Below, piece by piece: positions 10,224 to 22,906 of a stretch of DNA of 64,000 nucleotides. Position 1 is the stretch's first letter. Each line of letters starts with the position of its first letter. The notes beneath the pieces are model-generated. The model searched no databases and was not told where the DNA came from. It saw nothing but the letters and a program-made list of their open reading frames with translations. The translations under genes were made by a program, and so were the position numbers. This DNA comes from an uncultured delta proteobacterium (GTDB taxonomy: Bacteria; Myxococcota; Myxococcia; Myxococcales; Anaeromyxobacteraceae). The stretch spans positions 32,001-96,000 of the forward strand of contig CAWJSR010000057.1 in the NCBI GenBank assembly GCA_963845515.1, written 5' to 3'.

Positions 10224-11621
10224 CTAGGCGACCACGTTGTTCGCGAGCTCCACGCAGAGCGCCTGGTTCAGGGCGACCACGGCCTTCTTGTAGTCGGCGC
10301 GCTCGATGATGAACTGCATGTTGGTCTGCCGCAGCGACTGCGACACCGCGAGGACGTTGATCTCCGCGGCGGCGAGCGCCTGCGTGGCGCGCGCCAGGAC
10401 CCCCGGGAACGCGATGTTGGAGCCGATGGCGCAGACGATCGCGGACGGCACGACCTTGACCAGCTCGTACTTCTCCTCGAGCTCCTGGATGAAGGAGTCC
10501 TTCGCCGCCTTCTCCCAGATGACGTGGGTCATCGAGTTGGCGTTGGTCGCCTTCGCGATGTACGAGACGCCGTGCCGCTTGAAGGCCTCCATCACCCCGA
10601 GGTCGAAGCCGACCGTCCCCACCATCGAGGGGTCGTGGATCTCGAGCGCCACGACCTTGTCGGTCCCGGCGATCACCTCGACGCGGGCCTGCTTCCCCAC
10701 GAAGTCCTTGGTGACGAGCGTCCCCGGGTGGTCGGGCTCGAAGGTGTTCTTGAGCCGGATCGGGATGCCGGCCATCTCCATCGGCTTCGCGGCCTTCGGG
10801 TGGATCGCCTCCATCCCGACGTCGGCGAGCTGGTCGGCGACGTCGTAGTTGGTCCTCCCGACGACGATCGCGTTCTTCGTCCCCACGAGGACGGGATCGG
10901 CCGAGGAGAGGTGGAACTCCTTGTGGATCACCGCCTCGCTCGCCTTCAGCTCGACCGCCACCTTGCTGAAGGTGACCTCCGAGTAGCCGCGATCGAACTC
11001 GCGCATGATCCCTTCGACGCCCTTCGTGTAGCCGGTGACGATGACCACCTGGCTCGCGAGGTTCACGCCGTGGAAGCACTTGTGGATCCGGCCGTCGATC
11101 GTCAGGGCCTCGTCGTCGTCGAAGCCGGAGAGGTCCATCAGGAGCGCCTTGATCCCCTTCTTCTTCAGGATCTCGACGCTGTTGAAGGCGCTGTGCGCCT
11201 CGCCGATCGCGGCCAGCATCTCGCGGGCCGCCTGCAGGACCTCCTCCTTGCGGAGGTACCCGCTCGACAGCACGTGGCGCATCGAGTCGAGGTACGCCTT
11301 GAGCTCCTTCATCCGGCGCACGATGAAGCCGTCGGCTACCACCAGGTCGAGCCCGAGTGGCTCCATCCCCTCGTTGATCGCCTTGAGCTTCCCCGTCAGG
11401 GCGTCGAGCGCGGCGCCGTACTCGCCGCCCTCCGCGAACTTCGCGTAGACGCCCTGCTCGCCCGTCTTCTTGTGCTCGAGGAGCCAGTTGGTGACGCCCG
11501 AGTAGGCAGACACGATGTAGACCCGACCGTAGATCCGGTTCGGCTCGTGCAGGATGATGTTCTTGAGCACCTCGTCGAAGGCCGACATCGAGGTGCCGCC
11601 GATCTTCTCGACGCTGATCAT
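10224..11621 (-). CDS. ask: Aspartate kinase, ectoine-associated (Ask_Ect) subfamily
   Basis: VEKIGGTSMS, VSAYSGVTNWLLEHKKTG, FDRGYSEVTFS, IHKEFHLSSADP, GMEAIHPKA; two C-terminal ACT domains. Confidence 0.9.
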   Translation of the reverse strand: MISVEKIGGTSMSAFDEVLKNIILHEPNRIYGRVYIVSAYSGVTNWLLEHKKTGEQGVYAKFAEGGEYGAALDALTGKLKAINEGMEPLGLDLVVADGFIVRRMKELKAYLDSMRHVLSSGYLRKEEVLQAAREMLAAIGEAHSAFNSVEILKKKGIKALLMDLSGFDDDEALTIDGRIHKCFHGVNLASQVVIVTGYTKGVEGIMREFDRGYSEVTFSKVAVELKASEAVIHKEFHLSSADPVLVGTKNAIVVGRTNYDVADQLADVGMEAIHPKAAKPMEMAGIPIRLKNTFEPDHPGTLVTKDFVGKQARVEVIAGTDKVVALEIHDPSMVGTVGFDLGVMEAFKRHGVSYIAKATNANSMTHVIWEKAAKDSFIQELEEKYELVKVVPSAIVCAIGSNIAFPGVLARATQALAAAEINVLAVSQSLRQTNMQFIIERADYKKAVVALNQALCVELANNVVA

Positions 11622-11639
11622 TCGCGGATTCCCTAAGGG

Positions 11640-12755
11640 TTAGGAGAGGTTCGGGATGCTAGCACAAGTCTCGGCCAGCCGGATGGCCCGGCGCAAGCCG
11701 GCGTAACGCGGGCGGATCGCCGCTTCCCGCGGCGTGCACCACTCCCACGCCACGTGCTCGTCGGAGAGGCGGGGGGCGAAGCCACGCGGGAGGCGCGCGA
11801 CGAAGGCCGTCTCCTCGCAGATCCTCAAGCCCGGGCGACGCGGCGGCACCAGCGCGGGATCGAGCGGGAACGCGTGACGATAGCGCAGCGGCGCGACCTC
11901 CACGTCCGCCCCCGTCTCCTCCCCCAGCTCGCGGCGCGCGGCCGTAGCGGGATCCTCGCCCGGCTCGATCCTCCCGGTGACCGGCTGCCAGAAGCCGCCT
12001 CGCTCGGGTGTTCGAAGCAGGAGGAGGATCCGGCCGTCAGCCCCGACCGGCACGACCGAGACCGTCTCGAGATCGGGTGGTGCGCGCTCGGCGGAGCGCC
12101 CCAGCGCGCGCGCCAGGTGTTGCGCCAGCCGCTCCGCCACGGCCCCCTCCTCGGCCACCGGCAGCCCCCGCTCACGAAGCTCGCGGTCCAGGCTCGTGAC
12201 GCCGAGCCGGGGGTCCGAGATGCCGCACGGGACGATCGCCTGGAACTGCTGGAGGTCCACGGTCACGTTGAGCGCCAGGCCGTGGCTCGTCATGCCGTGG
12301 GAGAGGTGGACTCCCACCGCGCCCACCTTGCGCGACCCGATCCATGCCCCCCGGTGCTCGGGGTGGCGCGCGGCCTCCACGCCGAGGTCGCCACAGGTCA
12401 GGACCATCGCCTCCTCGAGCGCCTCGACGAAGCGCCGAGCCCCCATGGATGGGCCCAGCTCCATCACCGGGTAGGCGACCAGCTGGCCTGGCCCGTGCCA
12501 CGTCACGTCGCCGCCGCGGTCCGTCTCGTGGAGCTCGTAGCCGCGCTTCGCGAGCCAGTCGGGCGAGGCGAGGACGTTCCCGCGTCCCGCGCCGCGCCCC
12601 AGCGTCAGGACCGGCGGGTGCTCGAGGACGAACAGGTGGTCGGTCCCTGGCGGCTGCGCGCTCCGGACGGCTTCGGCCGCGAGCCTCATGAGGGCGAGTC
12701 CGTCCTCGTACTCGACGAGGCCGAGCTGCCGGACGAGGAGCCTCCGCTCGCTCAC
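11640..12755 (-). CDS. lipB: Lipoyl(octanoyl) transferase LipB fused to a C-terminal Nudix hydrolase
   Basis: LEHPPVLTLGR, DRGGDVTWHGPGQLVAYP, SHGLALNV, IVPCGI; then FWQPVTGRIEPGEDPATAARRELGEETG (Nudix box). Confidence 0.92.
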   Translation of the reverse strand: MSERRLLVRQLGLVEYEDGLALMRLAAEAVRSAQPPGTDHLFVLEHPPVLTLGRGAGRGNVLASPDWLAKRGYELHETDRGGDVTWHGPGQLVAYPVMELGPSMGARRFVEALEEAMVLTCGDLGVEAARHPEHRGAWIGSRKVGAVGVHLSHGMTSHGLALNVTVDLQQFQAIVPCGISDPRLGVTSLDRELRERGLPVAEEGAVAERLAQHLARALGRSAERAPPDLETVSVVPVGADGRILLLLRTPERGGFWQPVTGRIEPGEDPATAARRELGEETGADVEVAPLRYRHAFPLDPALVPPRRPGLRICEETAFVARLPRGFAPRLSDEHVAWEWCTPREAAIRPRYAGLRRAIRLAETCASIPNLS

Positions 12756-14182
12756 TCGCCCTCCCCGCGGCGAGGCCGCTCGGCTCGAGGCAGCGCGTGG
12801 GCGGCGCAGCCGAGCGCCACCTTGCAGGCCTCCATGAACGCCTCGGCCAGCGTCGGGTGCGCGTGCACCGTCTCCGCGACGCCCTCTAGCGTCGCCCCCA
12901 GCTCGATGGCGAGCGCCGCCTCCGCCACCAGCTCGCAGACCTCCGGGCCGGCGAGGGACGCGCCGACGATCCGGTGCGAGCCACGGTCCGCGATCACCTT
13001 CACGAACCCCTCTCCGCGATCGATCGCCACCGCACGCCCCAGGGCGCCGAACGCGAACTTGCCGACGACGACCTCGACCCCCTTCGCGCGCGCCTCCTCC
13101 TCGAGGAGCCCGACGTGCGCGATCTCCGGGTCGGTGAAGACCGCCGACGGGACGACCTTCCAGCGGCGTGAATGCGGCAGCCCGGCGATCGCCTCGGCTG
13201 CCAGCTCCCCCTCCCGGGACGCCTTGTGGGCGAGGAGCGGCGGGCCGGCGAGATCGCCCACCGCATGGATCGAAGGCACGCTGGTCCGGCAGCGCTCGTC
13301 GGTCACCACGAACCCGCGGTCGTCGAACCGGACCCCCAGCCGCTCCAGTCCGAGTCCCGTCGCGTCGGGCCGGAAGCCGACGGCGACCAGCACCTTGTCG
13401 ACGGTGTGCACCTCCTCGACCCCCTGGACCTCGACGCGGAGCGCGAGTCCATCGGGCCGCCGCTCGTAGCCCTTCGCCCTGGCACCGACCCTCACGACCA
13501 CGCCGCGCTGCCTGAAGCCCTTCTGGACGAGCCTGACCGCCTCTGGATCGCAGATCCCGAGGATCGTGGGCTGCGCCTCGAGGAAGGTCACCCGCGAGCC
13601 GAGCTTGGAGTAGACGGTCCCCAGCTCGGCCCCCACGACCCCTCCTCCGATGACGGCGAGCCGCGGGGGGATCTCGGACAGCGCCAGCGCCTCACGCGCC
13701 CCCCAGACGTCCTGGCCGTCCACGTCGAAGCCGGGGAGCGCGATCGGCCTGGCGCCGGTCGCGACGACGAAGGCGGGGGCCTCCAGCCGGATCGGCCCCT
13801 CCCCGTCCACCTCCACCTCGACGGTGGTCGGTCCGGAGAACCTCGCCCTGCCCCTGATCACGTCGACGCCGTTGCCCTTCTCGAGGGTCCCGATCCCTGC
13901 GACCAGCTTCCGGACCACCCCGTCCTTGAACTCGCGGAGCTTCGCGACGTCAAGGCGCAGCTCGCCCACGATCCCCCTGGCCGCGGCGCCGCGCAGGTCG
14001 TCCAGGAGGCTCGCCGCCGCGATGAGCGCCTTCGACGGGATGCAGCCCCAGTTCAGGCAGGTCCCTCCCATCGCCTCCCGCTCGACCAGGGCGGTGCGCA
14101 CCCCGAGCTGCGCGAGACGGATGGCGGCCACGTAGCCGCCGGGCCCCGCGCCAATCACCACCGCGTCGTACTTCCGCTCCAT
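12752..14182 (-). CDS. lpdA: Dihydrolipoamide dehydrogenase
   Basis: IGAGPGGYVAA, GGTCLNWGCIPSK, IGGGVVG, HAHPTLAEA. Confidence 0.95.
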   Translation of the reverse strand: MERKYDAVVIGAGPGGYVAAIRLAQLGVRTALVEREAMGGTCLNWGCIPSKALIAAASLLDDLRGAAARGIVGELRLDVAKLREFKDGVVRKLVAGIGTLEKGNGVDVIRGRARFSGPTTVEVEVDGEGPIRLEAPAFVVATGARPIALPGFDVDGQDVWGAREALALSEIPPRLAVIGGGVVGAELGTVYSKLGSRVTFLEAQPTILGICDPEAVRLVQKGFRQRGVVVRVGARAKGYERRPDGLALRVEVQGVEEVHTVDKVLVAVGFRPDATGLGLERLGVRFDDRGFVVTDERCRTSVPSIHAVGDLAGPPLLAHKASREGELAAEAIAGLPHSRRWKVVPSAVFTDPEIAHVGLLEEEARAKGVEVVVGKFAFGALGRAVAIDRGEGFVKVIADRGSHRIVGASLAGPEVCELVAEAALAIELGATLEGVAETVHAHPTLAEAFMEACKVALGCAAHALPRAERPRRGEGE

Positions 14183-14204
14183 CGTCATCGTCCTCCCCCG
14201 ACGC

Positions 14205-16175
14205 TCAGGGCGCTGGAGTGGATCCGGTCACCGGCTGGGGGCTCGGCGCCCGGTTGCGCCGACGCAGCCCCTCGCAGGGGTCCTCCCGCTCCGCGCGTGG
14301 CGTGAAGACCACAAAGTCGAAAGGGAAGCGGTCCCCGCCGTACGGCTCGGCGAACTGGCGCGGCCAGCGGAGCTCCGCGTCCGCCTCGACGAGGGCGATC
14401 GAGACGTGCCGGCGGCCGGGCGCGACGCGCTCGAGCCACGCCGGGACGCCGCGATCCGTCCGTGCGTGCCCGTCGCCAGTGACCAGGACCGCGCCCCCGC
14501 CACCGCCAGCGGCGGCGACCCGAAGGGCCATCTGGACGTCCCGCGCCCGCTGCGCCCGGACGAGGCCGGGGAGCAGCTCCTTCGGAACCTCGCCGCAGTG
14601 GTTCTCCTTCATCTCCTTGGCCCAGGCGCGCAGCTCCTCGGGCGCCGGCTCTCCCGCGCGCTCGAGCAGCTCCCGCACGTCGGCGGGGAGCGCCTCGACC
14701 CCCTTGCGGACCGCCTCTCGCGCGACCGGACGAGGGAGGTTGGCGGCGACCAGCTCCAGCCTCGCGGCGAGGCCGATCTCGAAGATGGGCCGGTAGAGCG
14801 CGAACTCCGGCCAGCCGGACTTCTTCCAGCCCGTCGCCTCGGCGATGGCGTCGGGGGTGGCCGGCGTCACCGCGAGCGCAGCCGCCAGCGCCTCGGCCTG
14901 GCTCGTGTCGAGCATCTCGAAGGCGAGCGCCGGCCGCTTCCCGCCCGCGAGGGCCGCCTCCAGGAAGGCGGCCTGCAGGCGGTGGTGGTCCTCGTTGTCG
15001 TGCGTCTCGCCGAGGAAGACGTACTCGGCCTTCGCGAGCGCCGCGCGAATCTCGGCCGCGTCCACCCACCGCTCGTCCCTCGTGGAGAGGGCGTAGCCCA
15101 CGAGCGGGTGCTCCCGCTCCAGCGGGCTCCTCCACTCCAGGGCGCCGAAGGCCCGCGGATCGCGCGCCGTGGGCGGGACGGGACGGCCGGCGCAGCCGCC
15201 TGCGAGCAGCGTCGAGGCCAGGGCCAGCGCCATGAGCCCGCGCCTCACGAGCTGCTCCGCGGCGCGGTAGGACGAGCGGACGAGCGGCCCGCTCGCGACG
15301 AACTGGAATCCCATCTCGTACCCTTCCTCCTCGTGCGAGGCGAAGCGCTCCGGGGTGATCCACTCCGCCACCGGCAGCTGGCGCGGGGACGGCTGGAGGT
15401 ACTGTCCCAGGGTCAGGAGCTCCACGCCGGCCGAGCGCAGGTCGCGCATGGCCTCTCGCACCTCTCCGGTCGTCTCGCCGAGCCCAAGCAGCAGCGAGCT
15501 CTTGGTGAGGATCGACGGGAACTCGCGCTTCACCCTGCCGAGGACGTCGAGCGTGAGGTCGTAGCCGGCGCGCGGGTCGCGCACCTGCGACGTGAGCCGC
15601 CGCACCGTCTCCAGGTTCTGGCCCAGGACGTGCGGCTCCGCCCGCCCGAGCTCCCGCACCGAGTCGGCGCAGCCGCCGAAGTCCGGGGTGAGCGCCTCCA
15701 CGGTCGGTCTCCCCAGCGCCCTCACGCTCCGGATCGCCGCGGCGAAGTGCGCTGCGCCGCCGTCCGGGAGGTCGTCGCGGTCGACGCTCGTCAGGACCAC
15801 GTGGTCGAGCCCGAGCCGATCGACGGCACCGGCCACCCGCGCCGGCTCGCCCGGATCGAGTGGCGGCGGGCTCGCGCCGCTCGGCACGTCGCAGAAGCGG
15901 CACCCCCTGGTGCACGTACCCCCCATCAGCAGGAAGGTGGCCGTCCCTGCGCTCCAGCACTCACCTGCGTTCGGGCAGTTCGCCTCCTCGCAGACCGTCT
16001 TCAGGCTCAGCGAGGAGAGCGTCGCCTTCACCCGCCGGTACCGCTCGCCGCCTCCGAGCGGTGCGCGCAGCCAGCGTGGCTTGGGGGCGGTTGGGCGGGG
16101 GTGCGTCATGGTGGCCGCCGTGGCTGGGCGGGACGCCATGCTATCATCGCGCGCGAGCGCCAGCGGGACCGGCAT
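14205..16175 (-). CDS. lipA: Lipoyl synthase LipA in frame with a ChaN (DUF399)-family lipoprotein domain
   Basis: [21 protein letters not shown] and GPLVRSSY, then without a stop a signal-like segment [19 protein letters not shown] and ChaN motifs [33 protein letters not shown]; start uncertain (16109-16175). Confidence 0.85.
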   Translation of the reverse strand: MPVPLALARDDSMASRPATAATMTHPRPTAPKPRWLRAPLGGGERYRRVKATLSSLSLKTVCEEANCPNAGECWSAGTATFLLMGGTCTRGCRFCDVPSGASPPPLDPGEPARVAGAVDRLGLDHVVLTSVDRDDLPDGGAAHFAAAIRSVRALGRPTVEALTPDFGGCADSVRELGRAEPHVLGQNLETVRRLTSQVRDPRAGYDLTLDVLGRVKREFPSILTKSSLLLGLGETTGEVREAMRDLRSAGVELLTLGQYLQPSPRQLPVAEWITPERFASHEEEGYEMGFQFVASGPLVRSSYRAAEQLVRRGLMALALASTLLAGGCAGRPVPPTARDPRAFGALEWRSPLEREHPLVGYALSTRDERWVDAAEIRAALAKAEYVFLGETHDNEDHHRLQAAFLEAALAGGKRPALAFEMLDTSQAEALAAALAVTPATPDAIAEATGWKKSGWPEFALYRPIFEIGLAARLELVAANLPRPVAREAVRKGVEALPADVRELLERAGEPAPEELRAWAKEMKENHCGEVPKELLPGLVRAQRARDVQMALRVAAAGGGGGAVLVTGDGHARTDRGVPAWLERVAPGRRHVSIALVEADAELRWPRQFAEPYGGDRFPFDFVVFTPRAEREDPCEGLRRRNRAPSPQPVTGSTPAP

Positions 16176-16190
16176 GCGTGAGGCTGCGGA

Positions 16191-17258
16191 ATGACGGAGT
16201 CACTCACCGACCCCACCCACATCCTCGTGGTGGACGACGACGATGCAGTACGCGACGCGATCGCCGTCCTGCTCCAGGAGGAGGGCTACGAGTGCTCTCG
16301 CGCCGACGGCGCGCAGGCCGCGCTCGACCTCCTCAAGGCCGGCGAGCACCCGCTCGTCATCTCGGACATGCGCATGCCCGTCCACGACGGGATGTGGCTC
16401 CTCGAGCGGATCGGGGAGGAGCACCCCGAGACCGCCGTGATCATGCTCACCGCCTTCAGCGACACCGAGGCAGCGGTGGACTGCCTCAGGAAGGGGGCGG
16501 TCGACTACCTCCTGAAGCCGCCGCGGGTCACCAACCTGGTGCGGGCCGTCGAGCGCGCGCTCTCCAGGCGACGGCTGGAGCTGGCCCGCCAGCGCTACCA
16601 GCGCAGCCTGGAGCAGCGAGTCCGCGAGAAGACGGCCGAGCTCTCGGCGGCCCTTCGCGAGATCGAGACCGCGTACGCCAACACCCTCAGCGCGCTCGTC
16701 GCGGCGCTCGACGCCCGCGAGCACGAGACCAGCGACCACTCGCAGCGCGTCGTCCGCTACACCCTCGCGGTCGCCAAGCGGATGGGGCTCGGGGACGCCG
16801 AGATCCCCAACCTCTCCCGCGGCGCGCTCCTGCACGACATCGGCAAGATCGGAGTCCCTGACGCGATCCTGCTCAAGCCGGGAGCGCTGACGCCGGAGGA
16901 GTGGGTGGAGATGCGCAAGCACCCCCAGACCGGGTTCACCATCCTGCAGCCGATCCCCTTCCTGTCGGCCCCGGCGGAGATCGTCCTGGCGCACCAGGAG
17001 CGGATCGACGGCGGCGGGTACCCCCGCGGCCTCTCGGGCGACGCCATCCCGTTCGGCGCTCGCGTCTTCGCCATCGCCGACACCTTCGACGCGATCACGA
17101 GCAACCGCCCGTACCGGCGCGCGGCCACCGTCGAGACCGCGCGCGACGAGATCCGGCGCTGCGCGGGGCGCCAGTTCGATCGCCAGTGCGCCGAGGCCTT
17201 CCTCTCCTTCTCGGTCGAGGAGCTCGCCGCCCTCGCCCGCCCGGCGGCCCGGCCCTGA
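16191..17258 (+). CDS. Response regulator receiver + HD-GYP cyclic-dinucleotide phosphodiesterase (RpfG-like)
   Basis: [45 protein letters not shown]. Confidence 0.93.
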   Translation: MTESLTDPTHILVVDDDDAVRDAIAVLLQEEGYECSRADGAQAALDLLKAGEHPLVISDMRMPVHDGMWLLERIGEEHPETAVIMLTAFSDTEAAVDCLRKGAVDYLLKPPRVTNLVRAVERALSRRRLELARQRYQRSLEQRVREKTAELSAALREIETAYANTLSALVAALDAREHETSDHSQRVVRYTLAVAKRMGLGDAEIPNLSRGALLHDIGKIGVPDAILLKPGALTPEEWVEMRKHPQTGFTILQPIPFLSAPAEIVLAHQERIDGGGYPRGLSGDAIPFGARVFAIADTFDAITSNRPYRRAATVETARDEIRRCAGRQFDRQCAEAFLSFSVEELAALARPAARP

Positions 17259-17272
17259 CGGCGGAGCGCACC

Positions 17273-18262
17273 ATGTCCGCTCCGCTCGGAAAGCTCTCTG
17301 ACGGCAATGGGCGCGAGATCTCCTATCTCCGGGTCTCGCTCACGGATCGCTGCAACCTCCGCTGCTCGTACTGCGCGGTCCACTCCACACCACAGGACTC
17401 CAGGCCGCTCCGGCGGGACGAGGTGCGCCGCCTGGTCTCGATCTTCGGCCGGCTGGGGATCCGGCGCGTCCGGCTCACCGGAGGCGAGCCGACCCTGCGG
17501 CGAGACCTCCTCGACGTCGTGGCAGACGTGCGGAGCACCCCGGGCATCGAGGAGATCGCGCTCACGACCAACGGCTTCCGGCTGGAGGAGCTCGCCGCGC
17601 CGCTTCGCGCCGCCGGCGTCTCGCGGCTGAACGTCTCGTTCGACACGCTCGACGGGGACCGGCTCGAGCGGATCTGCGGCCGCCCGGTGCGGATCGAGCG
17701 GCTCCTCGCCGGGATCGAGGCGGCGACGCGTGCCCGCTTCACGTCGGTGAAGCTCAACACCGTAGTGATGCGCGGGGAGAACGACGGTGAGGTGGGAGAG
17801 ATCGTCCGCTTCGCCTGGCGCGTAGGCGCCCTCCCGCGCTTCATCGAGCTGATGCCCTTCGGCGCCGGAGTCCCTGTCCCCGCCGCCGAGACCAAGCGGC
17901 TCCTGGCTGAGCAAGGGGTCGAGCTTCGCCCCGACGAGACCCGCGGCTGGGGCCCCGCCTACCACATGCAGGGGCGGAGCCGGGTGGGCGGCGCCGAGCT
18001 CACCGGGCTCGTGGGGTTCATCTCCGCCATGACGGAGAACTTCTGCTCGTCGTGCAACCGCGTCCGGATCGCAGCCGACGGCTCGCTCCGCGCCTGCCTG
18101 GGAGGCCACGACCGGGTGTCGCTGCGGGAGCTCCTCGACGCCGGCGCCACCGACGAGGTGATCGCCGGCCGCATCCTGGCGGAGCTGGGGCGCAAGGGCG
18201 ACCGCCACCTGATGGGCAAGGAGGGTTGCTCGCTCCTGCCCATGATCGGAACCGGCGGTTAG
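17273..18262 (+). CDS. moaA: GTP 3',8-cyclase (molybdenum cofactor biosynthesis)
   Basis: YLRVSLTDRCNLRCSYC, RLTGGEP, FCSSCNRVR, C-terminal GG. Confidence 0.95.
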   Translation: MSAPLGKLSDGNGREISYLRVSLTDRCNLRCSYCAVHSTPQDSRPLRRDEVRRLVSIFGRLGIRRVRLTGGEPTLRRDLLDVVADVRSTPGIEEIALTTNGFRLEELAAPLRAAGVSRLNVSFDTLDGDRLERICGRPVRIERLLAGIEAATRARFTSVKLNTVVMRGENDGEVGEIVRFAWRVGALPRFIELMPFGAGVPVPAAETKRLLAEQGVELRPDETRGWGPAYHMQGRSRVGGAELTGLVGFISAMTENFCSSCNRVRIAADGSLRACLGGHDRVSLRELLDAGATDEVIAGRILAELGRKGDRHLMGKEGCSLLPMIGTGG

Positions 18263-18281
18263 CTCAGGGCGTGACCCGTGG

Positions 18282-19716
<1,435 letters not shown>

Positions 19717-19776
19717 GAAGAATCTCCGCGGTGCACCCCCACCGATGGGCGAGGCGGGGGCGCTCGCCCGCAGCGC

Positions 19777-21147
<1,371 letters not shown>

Positions 21148-21182
21148 CTACGACCGCGTCCCGTCAACGGATTTTGTGATCG

Positions 21183-21362
21183 TCAGGCGTAGTCGATGAT
21201 GACGACGCCGCGGTCCCGATCGCCCTCGTCCGGGCCGCCACCGGGAGTCGGACCGGCCGGGGGCGGCGGGCTCGGAGCGGGCACCTCGGCCGTCGGACGG
21301 ATGTCTCGCCCGCGATCGCGCTCGCGCCGCTTGATCTCGTCGATGACGTAGGCGTCCAGCAT
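21183..21362 (-). CDS. 59-aa hypothetical small protein (below the ORF-track cutoff)
   Basis: Translated by hand: MLDAYVIDEIKRRERDRGRDIRPTAEVPAPSPPPPAGPTPGGGPDEGDRDRGVVIIDYA*; strong GC3 bias; GGGGA upstream. Confidence 0.7.
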   Translation of the reverse strand: MLDAYVIDEIKRRERDRGRDIRPTAEVPAPSPPPPAGPTPGGGPDEGDRDRGVVIIDYA

Positions 21363-21405
21363 CGCCGCATCCCCTGAAGCTAGTCTAATGGCGACCCCCG
21401 GCGGG

Positions 21406-21852
21406 TCAAGCTGCCCCTTCTGCCCGGGTCCGGAACGCCTCCAGCGTCAGGGGGAGCTGGACGCGGGTGAGCTCATCGGCCACGCGGTCGACGACGAACT
21501 GCGGAACGAGCGCCGGGCGGGCGATCTGGACGTCGACGGTGTAGCGCGCGAGCGTGCCGCCGGCGTCCTCGGCGAGCTCCCACGAACCGTCCGAGCGGGC
21601 AAGAAGGTCCCCGCTCACGAGGGACCACGTGACCCTCCTTGGAGGCTCCTCGCGGTGCGCGAGGACGTAGCGGACGCGCCGGATCGCGAGGTCCACCTCG
21701 TACTCGACGTGGCGCGCCCCACCCGCCTCCCCGACCACGCGGCACGCCACGACGCCCGGGAGGAACTCCGGGTAGCGCCCGTAGTCGGTGATCACGCCCC
21801 AGACGCGATCGATGGGGGCGGCGATCCGGAGCTCTCTGGTCGTCGCCCCCAC
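21406..21852 (-). CDS. SRPBCC/START (polyketide cyclase, RatA/Coq10-like) protein
   Basis: APIDRVWGVITDYGRYPEFLPGV...DGSWEL. Confidence 0.85.
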   Translation of the reverse strand: MGATTRELRIAAPIDRVWGVITDYGRYPEFLPGVVACRVVGEAGGARHVEYEVDLAIRRVRYVLAHREEPPRRVTWSLVSGDLLARSDGSWELAEDAGGTLARYTVDVQIARPALVPQFVVDRVADELTRVQLPLTLEAFRTRAEGAA

Positions 21853-21861
21853 GCGGCACCC

Positions 21862-22827
21862 CTACCAGCCGTAGTCGGGCTTGCCGTGGAACCGGTGGAC
21901 CGTCTCGATGAAGCGCACCGTCCCGGTCTTCGAGCGCATCACCACCGAGTGGCTGCGCGCGCCGCTCCCGGTGAAGCGGACGCCCTTGAGGAAGTCACCG
22001 TTGGTCACGCCGGTCGCCGCGAACATGACGCTGCCGCCCGCCATCTCCTCGGCGGTCATGATCTTGTCGAGGTCCAGCATCCCCATCGCCCTGGCGCGCC
22101 TCTTCTCGTCGTCGTTGCGCCACATGAGGCGCCCCTGCATGTCGCCGCCGACGCAGCGAAGCGCCGCCGCGCTGATCACCCCTTCTGGCGCGCCACCGGT
22201 CCCCATCAGCACGTCCACGCCGGTGTCCGGGAAGCAGGTGTTGAGCGCGCCGGCGACGTCGCCGTCTCCGATGAGCTTGATGCGCGCGCCCGCCTCCCGG
22301 ACCTCGCGGATGAGCTGATCGTGGCGCGGCCGCTCGAGGATCACGACGCTGAGATCCTGGACCGGCTTGCCCAGCGCCTGGCTGATCCGCTTCAGGTTCT
22401 CGGTGGGCGACTTCGAGAGGTCGATGGAGCCCTTCGCGCCGGGCCCCACCGCGATCTTCTCCATGTAGGTGTCGGGCGCCCGCAGCAGCTTCCCCTTCTC
22501 CCCCATGGCGATCACGCTGATGGCTCCCGCGGCCCCCGTGGCGCAGAGGTTGGTCCCCTCCAGCGGATCGACCGCGATCTCGACGATCATGCTGCCCGCG
22601 TTTGCGCGCCCGACCCGCTCGCCGATGAAGAGCATGGGCGCCTCGTCCCGCTCCCCCTCGCCGATCACGATCTCGCCGTCGATCGAGAGGTCGTTGAAGG
22701 CCTTGCGCATCGCCTCGACGGCGAGCTGGTCGGCGCCGTTCCGGTCCCCGCGCCCCATGGAGCGGGCGGAGGCCAGAGCGGCGGCTTCGGTGACACGAAC
22801 GGCTTCGAGCGCGAGGTTGCGATCCAT
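21862..22827 (-). CDS. glpX: Fructose-1,6-bisphosphatase class II
   Basis: MDRNLALEAVRVTEAAA, VIGEGERDEAPML, AVDPLEGT, APDTYMEK, GGAPEGV. Confidence 0.97.
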   Translation of the reverse strand: MDRNLALEAVRVTEAAALASARSMGRGDRNGADQLAVEAMRKAFNDLSIDGEIVIGEGERDEAPMLFIGERVGRANAGSMIVEIAVDPLEGTNLCATGAAGAISVIAMGEKGKLLRAPDTYMEKIAVGPGAKGSIDLSKSPTENLKRISQALGKPVQDLSVVILERPRHDQLIREVREAGARIKLIGDGDVAGALNTCFPDTGVDVLMGTGGAPEGVISAAALRCVGGDMQGRLMWRNDDEKRRARAMGMLDLDKIMTAEEMAGGSVMFAATGVTNGDFLKGVRFTGSGARSHSVVMRSKTGTVRFIETVHRFHGKPDYGW

Positions 22828-22906
22828 GTCCTTGTTTCCTCCGGTCAGTTGGGAAGCGGCAGGGGCCGCCGGCTGCGCCGGTGAGCCCCTTGGGGAGAGA
22901 CCACGA

